A stretch of 32,124 nt of DNA from NCBI GenBank assembly GCA_022866015.1, contig JALHTX010000140.1:1-32124 (forward strand), in the 5' to 3' direction. The position numbers were made by a program, and so were the translations under genes. This document shows positions 1 to 9,450 of the stretch, in pieces. How positions within the stretch are numbered: position 1 is the stretch's first letter; every line of letters begins with the position of its first letter. The DNA is from Thermoplasmatota archaeon. Its GTDB lineage: Archaea > Thermoplasmatota > E2 > DHVEG-1. Below the pieces are notes generated by a model that was not told the origin of the DNA, searched no databases, and was given only the letters and a program-made list of their open reading frames with translations.

Positions 1-1411
1 TATATCTCCTTTGTAGACAATACCCAAAAAGTTCCTGCATCGGAAGTATTTCTTCTTCTCTTAGAACTTCTTTAAAGAATTTTTCTATTTTTGGACACTC
101 TGCTTCAGGATTATAGTCTACTGCAAGTTTGCTTAAAAACCTGTATTTGGGGTCGTGTGGAAGGCGAGTCATAGTTCTGGCATCTAAAACACAATCATTT
201 AGATTAATTAGATATTCAGGGGGTTCAAGATCGCTTCTATCAATCGCTTCAAAGTCGTTAAACTGATCTAAAACTTCGGTTTTTGAGTTTTTCTTAACTA
301 TTGAGCCTAGATAATAAGATGTTGCTTCTCTTATTATTTGTTCTCCTGTATCTTGATAATAACCATCTTTATAGAAGTAAATACTCTTTCTCTGTATATT
401 TTTGTTTGAAACAATGAGAAAATTCCCCTTTTCGTTTCGTATTAAATCTGCTAAACATTTGTAACAGCAATATTTTGTATCTCCATTATACTGCCAAACA
501 TTGTATTTTTTTAGTAATTCTTCCTTCAAAATAAATGTTTTATTTTCTGGGATTTCATAACCATACTTTTCTCTTCCTATTTTGAGAATCTCTTTGAATT
601 TCTCTTTATTCTCTTTTTTATCAAAGAATCCCTCAGTACAATCTGAACAATCTATGATTCCTTCTAACATTCCAACTAGATATACTGCATCACCACCTGA
701 ATTACACCTATAGCAAGTCCAAAGGCCATTTTCTCCTTTATCTAAGTCAATTCTAATATTACTTCCTTTCTCTCCTTTTCTACTACTATGAATTGGATGT
801 TCTCCTTGCAGTGCATCTCCTTTTCTTGTTAATCCTTGTAATTTATCTGATTTTTCAACTATTTTTGCTATATCCCAATGCATTCCATTTGATATATTAT
901 TAGATTTTTTTTCTTTTTTAAGATAAGGTTCTAAGACTTCCATTAAATCTTTCTTTTTTATTGTCTTAATTTCTTCATCATAAAAGATTTCATAGAGATT
1001 TTTTGTTTCTGGATGGATTGACCCTGCTCCGATGACACATTGTCCAAAACCTTGAATATCACCAAAATGTCCATTTTTTTCATCAAGAATAATTTTTTCA
1101 TTTCCTAAATCGGGTACAATAAAATAAATATGGTATTTTCCACTTCCTGTTTTTGTGGTAAATGTTTTTGGTAATTTAAATAGAATATTTCTTGCAAATT
1201 CATCTTCATCTGCATCAATTATAAGAAGATAACCAAATCTGCCTACTACTCCGTATGCTTTTGCTGTTTTAAGATATTCTTGAAATTCTGGTTCATCCCA
1301 TTTATAATTCTTTGAAATATTCCAATCTTCTTCATAAGGTGCTTTAGTTCCATCTAATATTTTGACGAAACGGATATCTTCTCGTTGTAAATGTGGAGGA
1401 ATTTCTATCAT
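1..1411 (-). CDS. Bifunctional primase-polymerase + Zn finger + D5/P4-type primase-helicase (3' end truncated by window edge)
   Basis: Manually translated open frame from ATG 1411: MIEIPPHLQREDIRFVKI...YGVVGRFGYLLIIDAD...TKTGSGKYHIYF (Prim-Pol motifs)...GEHPIHSS...WTCYRCNSGGD (CHC2-like Zn finger)...YLINLNDCVLD...YNPEAECPKIEKFFKEV...QELFGYCL (D5_N region preceding an SF3 helicase). Not in the ORF track. Confidence 0.88.
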   Translation of the reverse strand, partial: MIEIPPHLQREDIRFVKILDGTKAPYEEDWNISKNYKWDEPEFQEYLKTAKAYGVVGRFGYLLIIDADEDEFARNILFKLPKTFTTKTGSGKYHIYFIVPDLGNEKIILDEKNGHFGDIQGFGQCVIGAGSIHPETKNLYEIFYDEEIKTIKKKDLMEVLEPYLKKEKKSNNISNGMHWDIAKIVEKSDKLQGLTRKGDALQGEHPIHSSRKGEKGSNIRIDLDKGENGLWTCYRCNSGGDAVYLVGMLEGIIDCSDCTEGFFDKKENKEKFKEILKIGREKYGYEIPENKTFILKEELLKKYNVWQYNGDTKYCCYKCLADLIRNEKGNFLIVSNKNIQRKSIYFYKDGYYQDTGEQIIREATSYYLGSIVKKNSKTEVLDQFNDFEAIDRSDLEPPEYLINLNDCVLDARTMTRLPHDPKYRFLSKLAVDYNPEAECPKIEKFFKEVLREEEILPMQELFGYCLQRRY

Positions 1412-1624
1412 TTAAAACTCCTCCTCAGAGATTTCTACAATTGGTATATCTGTCAGAGCCAGTAATACACTTTCACCTGCTTTTAAAATTCTCCCCATAC
1501 ATTTTGTGCCAGATTCTAGCTCAAAAAATATGAGACATTTTGCATCAAAAAATTTTTCAACTATTTCTTTTTGCATTTTTCTTTCCTCTCTATATATTAA
1601 TTGGTGAGAGCCACTAAATTTCAT
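1412..1624 (-). CDS. Small hypothetical protein of the integrated element
   Basis: 70-aa ORF with purine-rich GGGATGGG upstream of the ATG; its TAA directly abuts the primase ATG (translational coupling). Start may be the internal MQKEI. Confidence 0.6.
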   Translation of the reverse strand: MKFSGSHQLIYREERKMQKEIVEKFFDAKCLIFFELESGTKCMGRILKAGESVLLALTDIPIVEISEEEF

Positions 1625-1740
1625 TTTCCCATCCCTTTTATTTTGCTTATTTTCTATATAATTTGTTGATAATGCTATTTAAAATTATCCTGTAAATACG
1701 ACAAAACGATATTTTATAGATATAATAGGAAACAAATGTT

Positions 1741-2628
1741 TCATAATATAGTTTTATCATAAATCTTCTTTAATTCTTCTTCATTCAAATACAGATAGTG
1801 TGACAAATCGATATTTCCTTTGGTGCTATGTCCCATAAGGATTTCTTTAACGGCATAGTCCCCGCCTCTCCTAGTCCACTCTTGAGAGAAGAACTTACGA
1901 AGGTCTTTAACTTTTATTGGTGCTTTTCTGAATAATCTGCTAATGTGAGAAGCACTAAAAAGGGATTTAAGTCTCTTATTCTTGTTGAATTGCTTTATAA
2001 ATGATTCTAAAGCCCTCTGAGCCTCTACATTAAAGAATGATACCCTGCTCCTCTTTGTTTTTGTTGTTTGATTATTCTTTGGATTATGTCTCACGTAGAC
2101 GGTTCTACTATTGATGTCAATATCCTTTAGCGTAAGTTGATAGAGTTCCTCTGCACGTAATCCACTACTTGCTCCTAATAAGACTATGGCTCGAATCTGC
2201 TTATTATACGTATTATTTTTAAAATATTCCAAGGTTGCTTCTATATTTTCTTTAGTCACTCTCTTAGGTGTATAACACGGCTCTTTAACAATCTTTAATT
2301 TATCTAACCAATCAACCCCTAGGTGTCTTAAAAACAATCGAAGCTGTAATAATCTTTTCCTATAGCTTGTAACACAGTATTTTTTCTGGATTTTATTGCA
2401 GTACAACAAAGTTTTTTCTTTATTTATATTCCAATTACAGTAATTTAAATAATCTTTAATAAAATTATTAATATAATATGCCCATAATTTTGTTATACCT
2501 TCAAGTTTACGAAAAGATACGTATGATTTTAAATCGCTATTCTTAATAATAAATTGCTCATTCTCTCCTTTATTGGGCTTGTGGGGTAGCTTGGTATCCT
2601 TGTGGCTTCGGGAGCCATAGACTTGAGT
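1741..2628 (-). CDS. Tyrosine recombinase/integrase, probably the IntC fragment of a split integrase
   Basis: Catalytic motifs SGLRAEEL (R), TKTK (K), KDLRKFF (H-x-x-R variant), LMGH and HY (Y). The frame stays open upstream of the TTG at 2409 (NEQFIIKNSDLKSYVSFRKLEGITKLW...) into the tRNA up to a TGA at 2629-2631, with no ATG/GTG/TTG in that stretch. Confidence 0.85.
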   Translation of the reverse strand, partial: TQVYGSRSHKDTKLPHKPNKGENEQFIIKNSDLKSYVSFRKLEGITKLWAYYINNFIKDYLNYCNWNINKEKTLLYCNKIQKKYCVTSYRKRLLQLRLFLRHLGVDWLDKLKIVKEPCYTPKRVTKENIEATLEYFKNNTYNKQIRAIVLLGASSGLRAEELYQLTLKDIDINSRTVYVRHNPKNNQTTKTKRSRVSFFNVEAQRALESFIKQFNKNKRLKSLFSASHISRLFRKAPIKVKDLRKFFSQEWTRRGGDYAVKEILMGHSTKGNIDLSHYLYLNEEELKKIYDKTIL

Positions 2629-2647
2629 TCAAATCTCAACAGGCCCA
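2575..2647 (+). tRNA. tRNA-Pro(CGG)
   Basis: Acceptor stem GGGCTTG/CAGGCCC plus A; anticodon arm GTGGC-TTCGGGA-GCCAT; T arm TTGAG-TTCAAAT-CTCAA. Confidence 0.93.
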
Positions 2648-2845
2648 CTTTATCTTTTATTTTCTTGTTTCTTACAAAAATAGAGTACATAAAAATAGCA
2701 ATTTGTTAAATCTTCTCACTTACATTTGTTTACACAGATTTCATTACTCTATCATATATTAACTTCAAATCTTTTTCAGATCGAATCTTCAGATTGAAAG
2801 TTGTAATACTTAGATTAAACGATATTTAACATCTTAATATTATTT

Positions 2846-3937
2846 TTAGAGTAACTTAATCTTAATCACAATCATTTCTTCAGATGTTGCAAAGTTTCCT
2901 GCTTTATCAAAGGCTTTTGCTTTTATTCTATATATTCCAACTCCTTTTTCATCCCAAGTCCAGTTGTAAGGTTCATTGTTCAACGTTGCTTTTGTTTCAT
3001 TATTAATGAGAATTTCCACATAGCCCATACCAACAAATTCAGGATCACTTGCATTGATAGTGATATTAATGCGTCCAATAATTAAAGGATTCATTAATGG
3101 CCATCCAAATAGTTCTTCATTATTCAAGTATATCATAGAAAGTTTTGGTTGTTCAATTGAAACCTCAGGAGGTGTTTTATCTAGTTCATATTTAAAAAGC
3201 TGAATTGCGGTATCTACATCATAAACAGGCTCACCATTTTCTTGATATGAAAATTTATCACCGAAGTTCGATATTATCCATAGGAACCAATCACCTTGTG
3301 GATCATCATGACTTTGAATAGATATCCATCCTTCTCCATTACTAAGTTCAACGGATGTTGGTAGTATATATTCAAATTTTATGTGTTCATGAGATTTTGT
3401 TGTTTCATTCCAATATATTTCAGTATGTGTTATTTGCACATCTTCTGCAGATACATCAAAAGAAGCAATTTTGTTCTGTGGAGGCGCATTTGTTTTTTCT
3501 GATGGATCATCATAGAATTCTATGTAAAAATTCATTCCTTCAGGATCTCCATCAATAAATCCACCACCATCAAAGTATAAACAGAGACCCCACCAGGTAA
3601 TTTTTTCAATTTTTCCATTTACATCATAGAGATTTTCATACATTTTATAGCCATCATAACCAGCGTTTTTTTCAGATGTGAATGCTCGCTGTCCTTCATC
3701 TGGTGATGCTGGTGGTTGATCAAAAATGTTTACATATCTCCCATAATCATCCAAGGATTCCACAATTTCAGCATCAGCATTATAGATTTCATCGTTGCTA
3801 TTAACAAATTTATTTTCATTTGAAATTCCGGCTATTTCATTTGTTTGATTTCCATTGATACTTGGTAGTATTCCTGCTCCTAAAAACATACCTACAATTA
3901 CAAATATAAAAAATTTTCTTCTTTCTATCTTATACAT
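2846..3937 (-). CDS. Secreted/surface protein with C-terminal Ig-like domain
   Basis: Basic N-terminus plus hydrophobic signal (RRKFFIFVIVGMFLGAGIL); C-terminal DKTPPEVSI...PYNWTWD...IKAKAFDKAGN pattern typical of Ig-like repeats. Start taken at ATG 3937 (ORF track uses TTG 3961). Confidence 0.75.
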   Translation of the reverse strand: MYKIERRKFFIFVIVGMFLGAGILPSINGNQTNEIAGISNENKFVNSNDEIYNADAEIVESLDDYGRYVNIFDQPPASPDEGQRAFTSEKNAGYDGYKMYENLYDVNGKIEKITWWGLCLYFDGGGFIDGDPEGMNFYIEFYDDPSEKTNAPPQNKIASFDVSAEDVQITHTEIYWNETTKSHEHIKFEYILPTSVELSNGEGWISIQSHDDPQGDWFLWIISNFGDKFSYQENGEPVYDVDTAIQLFKYELDKTPPEVSIEQPKLSMIYLNNEELFGWPLMNPLIIGRINITINASDPEFVGMGYVEILINNETKATLNNEPYNWTWDEKGVGIYRIKAKAFDKAGNFATSEEMIVIKIKLL

Positions 3938-4181
3938 ACAAACTTCCCCCACATTTTCCAACTAAATAATATAAATAAATTATATTTATTTATATATGAA
4001 TAATCTATCCATATCTCAACATCAATAACACTATACTAATATTTAAAACCTTATCATATATCTTTTTTAGATCCTCATGCACTCTTTTGGTAAATAAAGT
4101 ATAGACAAATGATCTTTTATGCATCATATCTTATTTCATTTCACAAAAAATAAGAAAAAAAGAGAAATAGTTTAAATTATT

Positions 4182-4487
4182 CTATTGTGGTACAAATCCA
4201 TCAATGAAATATTTTAGTATTAGGAATCTTTCCATTAATTTATTTAATAATATTTGGAAAAATCCCAATTCATCTGTGTAACTATTTTGTCCAGATTGCC
4301 TAACAATCATGCAATCTGTCTTTCTATTGATAAATACATCATTGCTTTCAAAGTAAAAATGATATGCTTCCGTTATTCCTTCATGATATAAATTAATTTA
4401 ATATCCAATAATCTCAAATATTCCCCAAGTATATCGACCTTCTTGAAATACCTTTAAGGAATTGTTTTCATAATAGCTATTCCTTAT
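4182..4487 (-). pseudogene. Remnant of the C-terminus of a secreted protein
   Basis: Frame reads ...EGRYTWGIFEIIGY*INLYHEGITEAYHFYFES...LGFFQILLNKLMERFLILKYFIDGFVPQ*, with an internal stop, no upstream start and an amphipathic tail. Confidence 0.35.
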
Positions 4488-4513
4488 TTAACATATATAG
4501 GAAAAAAATTGAA

Positions 4514-5143
4514 ATGAAAATAAATGAGATATTCTATTCTATACAAGGAGAAGGTAAATGGACAGGTCTTCCAAACATATTCATAAGAACAACAGGCTGC
4601 AACTTACGCTGTTCATATTGTGATACAAAATATGCATATGAAAAAGGAATAGAAAAAACAATACAAGAAATAACTAAAGAAATTAAAAAATATAAATGCA
4701 AAAAAATATGTATAACCGGTGGAGAACCATTACAACAAAAAGATATAATTGAACTAATAAATCACCTAATAGATTTAACATATAATATCCTAGTTGAAAC
4801 AAATGGTAGCCTAAAAATAGATTCTTTAAAAGACAAAAAAAATCTAATTATATCACTTGATATAAAAACCCCATCATCAAAAATGCATGAAAAAATGTTT
4901 TTACAAAATATAAACCTGTTAAGAAAAAAAGATCAAATAAAATTTATAATAAAAAACAAAAAAGATTATAACTATGCTAAAAAAATAATACAAAAATACA
5001 AACCAAAATGTGATATTTTTTTTCAACCAGTATGGAAAACAAATTCTGAAAAATTAGCAAAATGGATATTAGAAGATAATTTAAAAGTAAAACTTGGATT
5101 ACAAATCCATAAGATTATCTGGGGTGACAAAAAAGGAGTCTAA
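4514..5143 (+). CDS. queE: 7-carboxy-7-deazaguanine synthase (radical SAM)
   Basis: EIFYSIQGEG, CNLRCSYC (CxxxCxxC), ITGGEPL, ETNG and QIHK motifs. Confidence 0.92.
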   Translation: MKINEIFYSIQGEGKWTGLPNIFIRTTGCNLRCSYCDTKYAYEKGIEKTIQEITKEIKKYKCKKICITGGEPLQQKDIIELINHLIDLTYNILVETNGSLKIDSLKDKKNLIISLDIKTPSSKMHEKMFLQNINLLRKKDQIKFIIKNKKDYNYAKKIIQKYKPKCDIFFQPVWKTNSEKLAKWILEDNLKVKLGLQIHKIIWGDKKGV

Positions 5144-5252
5144 AAAAATACTATTAACACAAAGTATATACATAATAAGTGTATTCTGAGTAAAAAATTG
5201 TAACAAATGATTATAAAAAATTTATTTAATTATTGAGAGGTGAAAGATAAAT

Positions 5253-5975
5253 ATGCAACCATCAAATATGGCATATGATAGAGCAATAACTGTTTTTTCG
5301 CCAGATGGAAGATTGTTTCAAGTAGAATATGCTCGTGAAGCAGTAAAAAGAGGAACAACCACAGTTGGTGTTAAATACAAAACAGGCGCAGTATTAATTG
5401 TTGACAAGCGCATCACATCACGCTTAATTGAACCAGGTTCTATCGAAAAAATATTTGAAATCGATGATCACATAGGTTGTGCAACATCAGGACTAGTAGC
5501 TGACGCAAGAGCATTAATTGACAGAGCAAGACTTGATGCTCAGATAAACGAAATTACCTACAATGAAAAAATACAGGTTAAAACACTAGTAAAAAGAATA
5601 TGTGATTTCAAGCAAACATATACACAATATGGTGGAGTAAGACCTTTTGGTACAGCATTATTAATAGCAGGTGTTGATGATTCTGGACCTAGGCTTTTTT
5701 CAACTGATCCATCAGGCGCATTAATGGAATATAAAGCCAGTAGTGAAGGCTCAGGTCGTAATGGTGCCATGAGTTATTTTGAAAGTAATTACAGAGATGA
5801 TATGAATATGGATGAAGAAATTCAGATGGCAATAAAAGCTCTACATAAAGGTACTGAAGGTAAGTTAAACCCCGATGCAACTGAAATTGGTATTGTTGAT
5901 AAAGATATAAAATTCCATATTTTAACACCAAAAGAAACCAAAGAGTACGTTTCAAAGGCTCTTGGGGGAAATTAG
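5253..5975 (+). CDS. psmA: Proteasome subunit alpha
   Basis: [20 protein letters not shown] signature; RPFG motif. Confidence 0.98.
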   Translation: MQPSNMAYDRAITVFSPDGRLFQVEYAREAVKRGTTTVGVKYKTGAVLIVDKRITSRLIEPGSIEKIFEIDDHIGCATSGLVADARALIDRARLDAQINEITYNEKIQVKTLVKRICDFKQTYTQYGGVRPFGTALLIAGVDDSGPRLFSTDPSGALMEYKASSEGSGRNGAMSYFESNYRDDMNMDEEIQMAIKALHKGTEGKLNPDATEIGIVDKDIKFHILTPKETKEYVSKALGGN

Positions 5976-5977
5976 AA

Positions 5978-6673
5978 TTGGTAAGTTTAGATGACGCAGT
6001 AATTGCTCGTTTAAAAAAAGGAGAAGACCATTTCGAAATATTAGTTGATCCTTATCTAGCAGCAGATTTATTAGATGGAAAAGAAATAGATATTTCAAAA
6101 ATACTTGTTATTGATAAAATTTTTAAGGATTCAAAAAAGGGGACCCATGCATCCAGTGAATCTCTCCAAACTGTTTTTGGAACAAATAATATAACAGAAA
6201 TCGCAACCAAGATTATTAAAAAAGGCGAGATACAACTAACAACTGAACAGCGTAATAAAATGCAAAAAAATAAGAAAAACAGGATTATTGAAACCATTGT
6301 AAAAAACGCAATGGATCCTAAAACCAAGGCTCCACATCCACGACAGAGAATAGAACTTGCTATGGATCAAGCAGGAGTACATATTGATCCTTTCAAACCA
6401 GTAAGCGAACAAGTAAAAATGATAATCGAGGTACTAAGACCCATTATTCCTATTTCGATGGAGCAAGTACGTATATCTGTTAAAATACCTGCAGAGTTCA
6501 TTGGTCATGCATATGGCGAAGCCCGTAATTTTGGAGCACTTGAGCGTGAAGAATGGCAATCTGATGGCTCCTGGGTTGGAATCATAAGAATTGCTGCCGG
6601 TCTTCAAACAGACTTTTATGAAAAACTTAATGATTTAACAAAAGGAAACGTATCCACAAAGATTTTAAAGTAA
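5978..6673 (+). CDS. sdo1: Ribosome maturation protein SBDS/Sdo1
   Basis: VIARLKKGEDHFEILVDP, GEIQLTTEQR, PHPRQRIE; canonical position in the exosome superoperon; TTG start. Confidence 0.95.
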   Translation: MVSLDDAVIARLKKGEDHFEILVDPYLAADLLDGKEIDISKILVIDKIFKDSKKGTHASSESLQTVFGTNNITEIATKIIKKGEIQLTTEQRNKMQKNKKNRIIETIVKNAMDPKTKAPHPRQRIELAMDQAGVHIDPFKPVSEQVKMIIEVLRPIIPISMEQVRISVKIPAEFIGHAYGEARNFGALEREEWQSDGSWVGIIRIAAGLQTDFYEKLNDLTKGNVSTKILK

Positions 6674-6696
6674 ATACTATAAGGGTTAAGAGTTTT

Positions 6697-7377
6697 ATGA
6701 ACAAACAAACACGCGAAATTGTTATTCCAAGCCAGCTTTTAGGCGATATAAAAAACAAAAAAGCAGGTCATGGTACATTCATAGAAAACGGAAAGATATA
6801 TGCCGAAATTCTCGGTGTTTTAAGTGCTGATTCAGAGCATATTAACGTTATACCACTTAGAGGCAGATACGATCCGATTCAAGGAGATTTTGTAATAGGG
6901 ATAGTAATTGAAGCAATGTCTTCTAGTTGGCTTGTAGATATTAATGCTGCTTATCCTGCACTTTTACATGTAAACGAGGTTCAATGGGATGTAGAATTCG
7001 GCGAAACCGAACGTTATCTGAATGCAGGTGACACAATAATGGCAAAGGTTTTACAGGTTGATTCAGAAAAAAAATTACAAATAACGTTAAAAGACAGGAA
7101 CCTTTACAAAGTAAAAGGTGGTAACCTAATAAGTGTCGAACCCTCAAAGGTTCCAAGAATCATTGGTAAAAAAGCATCTATGATCTCACTTATTAAAAAA
7201 TATACTCGCTCCCGTATTTTTGTTGGACAAAACGGCAGGATATGGATAGAAGGTGAAGGACAGGATGTTCAAAAAGCAATAGAAATAATTGAATTAATAC
7301 AAAAAGAAGCTTTATCATATGGTTTAACAAATAAAATAGAAGATTTATTAAAAAAAGATTCAAAGGAAGTGCATTAA
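6697..7377 (+). CDS. rrp4: Exosome RNA-binding subunit Rrp4
   Basis: S1 + KH domains ([20 protein letters not shown]); operon context. Confidence 0.96.
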   Translation: MNKQTREIVIPSQLLGDIKNKKAGHGTFIENGKIYAEILGVLSADSEHINVIPLRGRYDPIQGDFVIGIVIEAMSSSWLVDINAAYPALLHVNEVQWDVEFGETERYLNAGDTIMAKVLQVDSEKKLQITLKDRNLYKVKGGNLISVEPSKVPRIIGKKASMISLIKKYTRSRIFVGQNGRIWIEGEGQDVQKAIEIIELIQKEALSYGLTNKIEDLLKKDSKEVH

Positions 7378-7379
7378 AA

Positions 7380-8102
7380 ATGAAAACAGAAATAAAATTA
7401 ATAAAAAACGGTAAAAGATTAGATGGCCGTAAAAACGACGAACTAAGACCCATAAAAATAGAAGCAGGAGTACTTCATAGAGCAGAAGGCTCCTGTTATC
7501 TAGAATGGGGTGGTAACAAAGTTCTTGCTGCAGTATATGGACCACGTGAAGCAGTACCACGTCATACTCAAAACCCTTTAAGAGCAATAGTAAACGCTCG
7601 TTATAACATGGCTGCTTTTAGTGTTGATGATAGGAAAAGACCTGGACCAGATCGCCGCAGCCGTGAGATTTCCAAAGTAATTTCTGAGGCCCTTGAAAAC
7701 ATAATAATAACAGAAAAATTCCCAAGAGCATCAATTGATGTAAGTATTGAAATTCTTGATGCTGAAGCAGGAACACGTTGCGCAGGGCTTACTGCTGCAG
7801 CAGAAGCACTTGTTGATGCAGGAATACCATTGAAAGATATACCTGTTGCTTGTGCTGCAGGAAAAATAGAAGGAGAAATAGTTCTTGACCTTGGTAAAGA
7901 AGAAGACAACTTTGGAGACGCAGATCTACCCATCGCAATAGCACCACGTACAGGAGAAATACTATTACTTCAGATGGATGGACATTTAACACAAAAAGAA
8001 TTTGACAAAGCACTTGATCTTGCAATAAAAGGCTGTAAAACTATTGCAGAGTTACAGAAAAAAGCAATTCTTGAAAAATATCAAAAAAACATGGAGGGAT
8101 AA
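7380..8102 (+). CDS. rrp41: Exosome catalytic subunit Rrp41
   Basis: [42 protein letters not shown]. Confidence 0.97.
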   Translation: MKTEIKLIKNGKRLDGRKNDELRPIKIEAGVLHRAEGSCYLEWGGNKVLAAVYGPREAVPRHTQNPLRAIVNARYNMAAFSVDDRKRPGPDRRSREISKVISEALENIIITEKFPRASIDVSIEILDAEAGTRCAGLTAAAEALVDAGIPLKDIPVACAAGKIEGEIVLDLGKEEDNFGDADLPIAIAPRTGEILLLQMDGHLTQKEFDKALDLAIKGCKTIAELQKKAILEKYQKNMEG

Positions 8103-8106
8103 AAAA

Positions 8107-8946
8107 ATGTCAATTACTGCTGAGATAAAAAAAGATTACATAATAAAACTTGCTAAAAGTGGTAAACGAGTAGATAACAGAAAATTTGATGAATTCAGAA
8201 AAATAAAAATTGAAACAGATATAATCAAAAAAGCAGAAGGATCAGCAAAAGTAACAATTGGAAATACTCAAGTTATAGCAGGAATAAAAATGGATCTCGG
8301 AGAACCATATCCTGATGAACCTGATTCAGGTGTAATGACCACTGCTGCAGAACTTATACCTATGGCATCTCCTGATTTTGAATCAGGGCCACCAGATCAA
8401 GAATCAATAGAGCTTGCTCGTGTAGTTGACCGTGGAATACGTGAATCAAAAATAATAGATGTAGATAAATTATGCATAATCCCTAGCGAAAAAGTATGGA
8501 TGGTCTTTATCGATATTCATATACTTGATTATGATGGTAACTTGTTTGATACTGCAAGTCTTGCTTCACTAGCTGCTTTAATGACCGCAAAAGTTCCTAT
8601 CGAAAGGCTCAAACCAATCCTGGAGAACCTGCAAGAAAAACATCCATCAATTGAAAAATATTTAAAAGAGCATCCTAAAGATTTTCCACTACCACTAAGT
8701 GAACCACCAATTTCTTGTACCTCTGCAAAGTTTAATGGTATAGTTATAATGGATCCATCTCTTGACGAAGAGCAAATAGCAGAAGCAAGACTCACAATTG
8801 CAACTGATACAAAAGGCGATATTCGTGCTATGCAGAAAGGTTTAAATGGCAGTTTTACTGTTGACGAGATTAATAAAGTTATTAAATCATCGTTTGATAA
8901 CGGCAAGAAAATTCGAGAAATATTATATAAAAGTGTGGGTAAATAA
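8107..8946 (+). CDS. rrp42: Exosome subunit Rrp42
   Basis: RVDNRKFDEFR, ASPDFESGPP, ELARVVDRGIRES, DGNLFD; real start is ATG 8107. Confidence 0.97.
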   Translation: MSITAEIKKDYIIKLAKSGKRVDNRKFDEFRKIKIETDIIKKAEGSAKVTIGNTQVIAGIKMDLGEPYPDEPDSGVMTTAAELIPMASPDFESGPPDQESIELARVVDRGIRESKIIDVDKLCIIPSEKVWMVFIDIHILDYDGNLFDTASLASLAALMTAKVPIERLKPILENLQEKHPSIEKYLKEHPKDFPLPLSEPPISCTSAKFNGIVIMDPSLDEEQIAEARLTIATDTKGDIRAMQKGLNGSFTVDEINKVIKSSFDNGKKIREILYKSVGK

Positions 8947-8948
8947 AT

Positions 8949-9278
8949 ATGGCAAAAAGAACTAAAAAAGTTGGATCAATTGGGCGCTATGGAGCAAGGT
9001 ATGGAGTTAGAGCAAAAACTCTCGTTAGAAACGTAGAGGTAGACCAAAAAACAAAACATATATGTCCTAGTTGCGGTCATCAAAAAGTAAGACGAATAAG
9101 CACTAGCATCTGGCAATGTGGTAAATGTAACATTAAATTTGCAGGTGGTGCATATAACCCAAAAACTGAAGCAGGCCAGACCGCTGAAAAAATGCTTCGT
9201 GGTGAAATCGAAATTCCAAAGATTCCGGAAGAAAAACCTGAAAAAATAAAACCCGAAAAAGAAGCTAAGGGTGAATAA
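8949..9278 (+). CDS. rpl37ae: 50S ribosomal protein L37Ae (eL43) with charged C-terminal extension
   Basis: TKKVGSIGRYGARYG, CPSC...WQCGKC, FAGGAY. Confidence 0.96.
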   Translation: MAKRTKKVGSIGRYGARYGVRAKTLVRNVEVDQKTKHICPSCGHQKVRRISTSIWQCGKCNIKFAGGAYNPKTEAGQTAEKMLRGEIEIPKIPEEKPEKIKPEKEAKGE

Positions 9279-9280
9279 TA

Positions 9281-9421
9281 ATGGCCGGTTACAAATGTGG
9301 ACTGTGTAAAAAAAGTGTTAAGTTTGATGTTAAAAATATTGGTATGCAATGCCCATATTGTGGTAGCAAGATTTTCTATAAGGAAAGACCAACGGTTTCA
9401 AAGAAAATAAAATCCATATAA
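9281..9421 (+). CDS. rpoP: DNA-directed RNA polymerase subunit P (Rpo12)
   Basis: Manual translation MAGYKCGLCKKSVKFDVKNIGMQCPYCGSKIFYKERPTVSKKIKSI*; canonical position after eL43. Confidence 0.93.
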   Translation: MAGYKCGLCKKSVKFDVKNIGMQCPYCGSKIFYKERPTVSKKIKSI

Positions 9422-9450
9422 AAAAAATATTTTTTTATTTTTGTTTTTTT

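Larger units (their letters stand above)
1..2628 (-). mobile_element. Right end of an integrated plasmid/virus-like element at tRNA-Pro (left end outside window)
   Basis: Primase-helicase, small ORF and tyrosine integrase are co-oriented and directly abut a tRNA gene. The right boundary is set at the last in-frame integrase codon inside the tRNA. Confidence 0.8.

Noticed and set aside
2529..2648. GTG-initiated ORF antisense to tRNA-Pro (MGLLRFELKSMAPEATRIPSYPTSP...) or ATG 2561 as the integrase start
   Set aside because: Different frame from the integrase, ends after 39 codons, and has no convincing in-frame slippery heptamer.
4514..5143. queE as part of a deazaguanine DNA-modification (dpd) system of the element
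   Set aside because: It lies outside the element, and no dpdA/queC/queD/folE is nearby; archaeosine biosynthesis is the simpler explanation.
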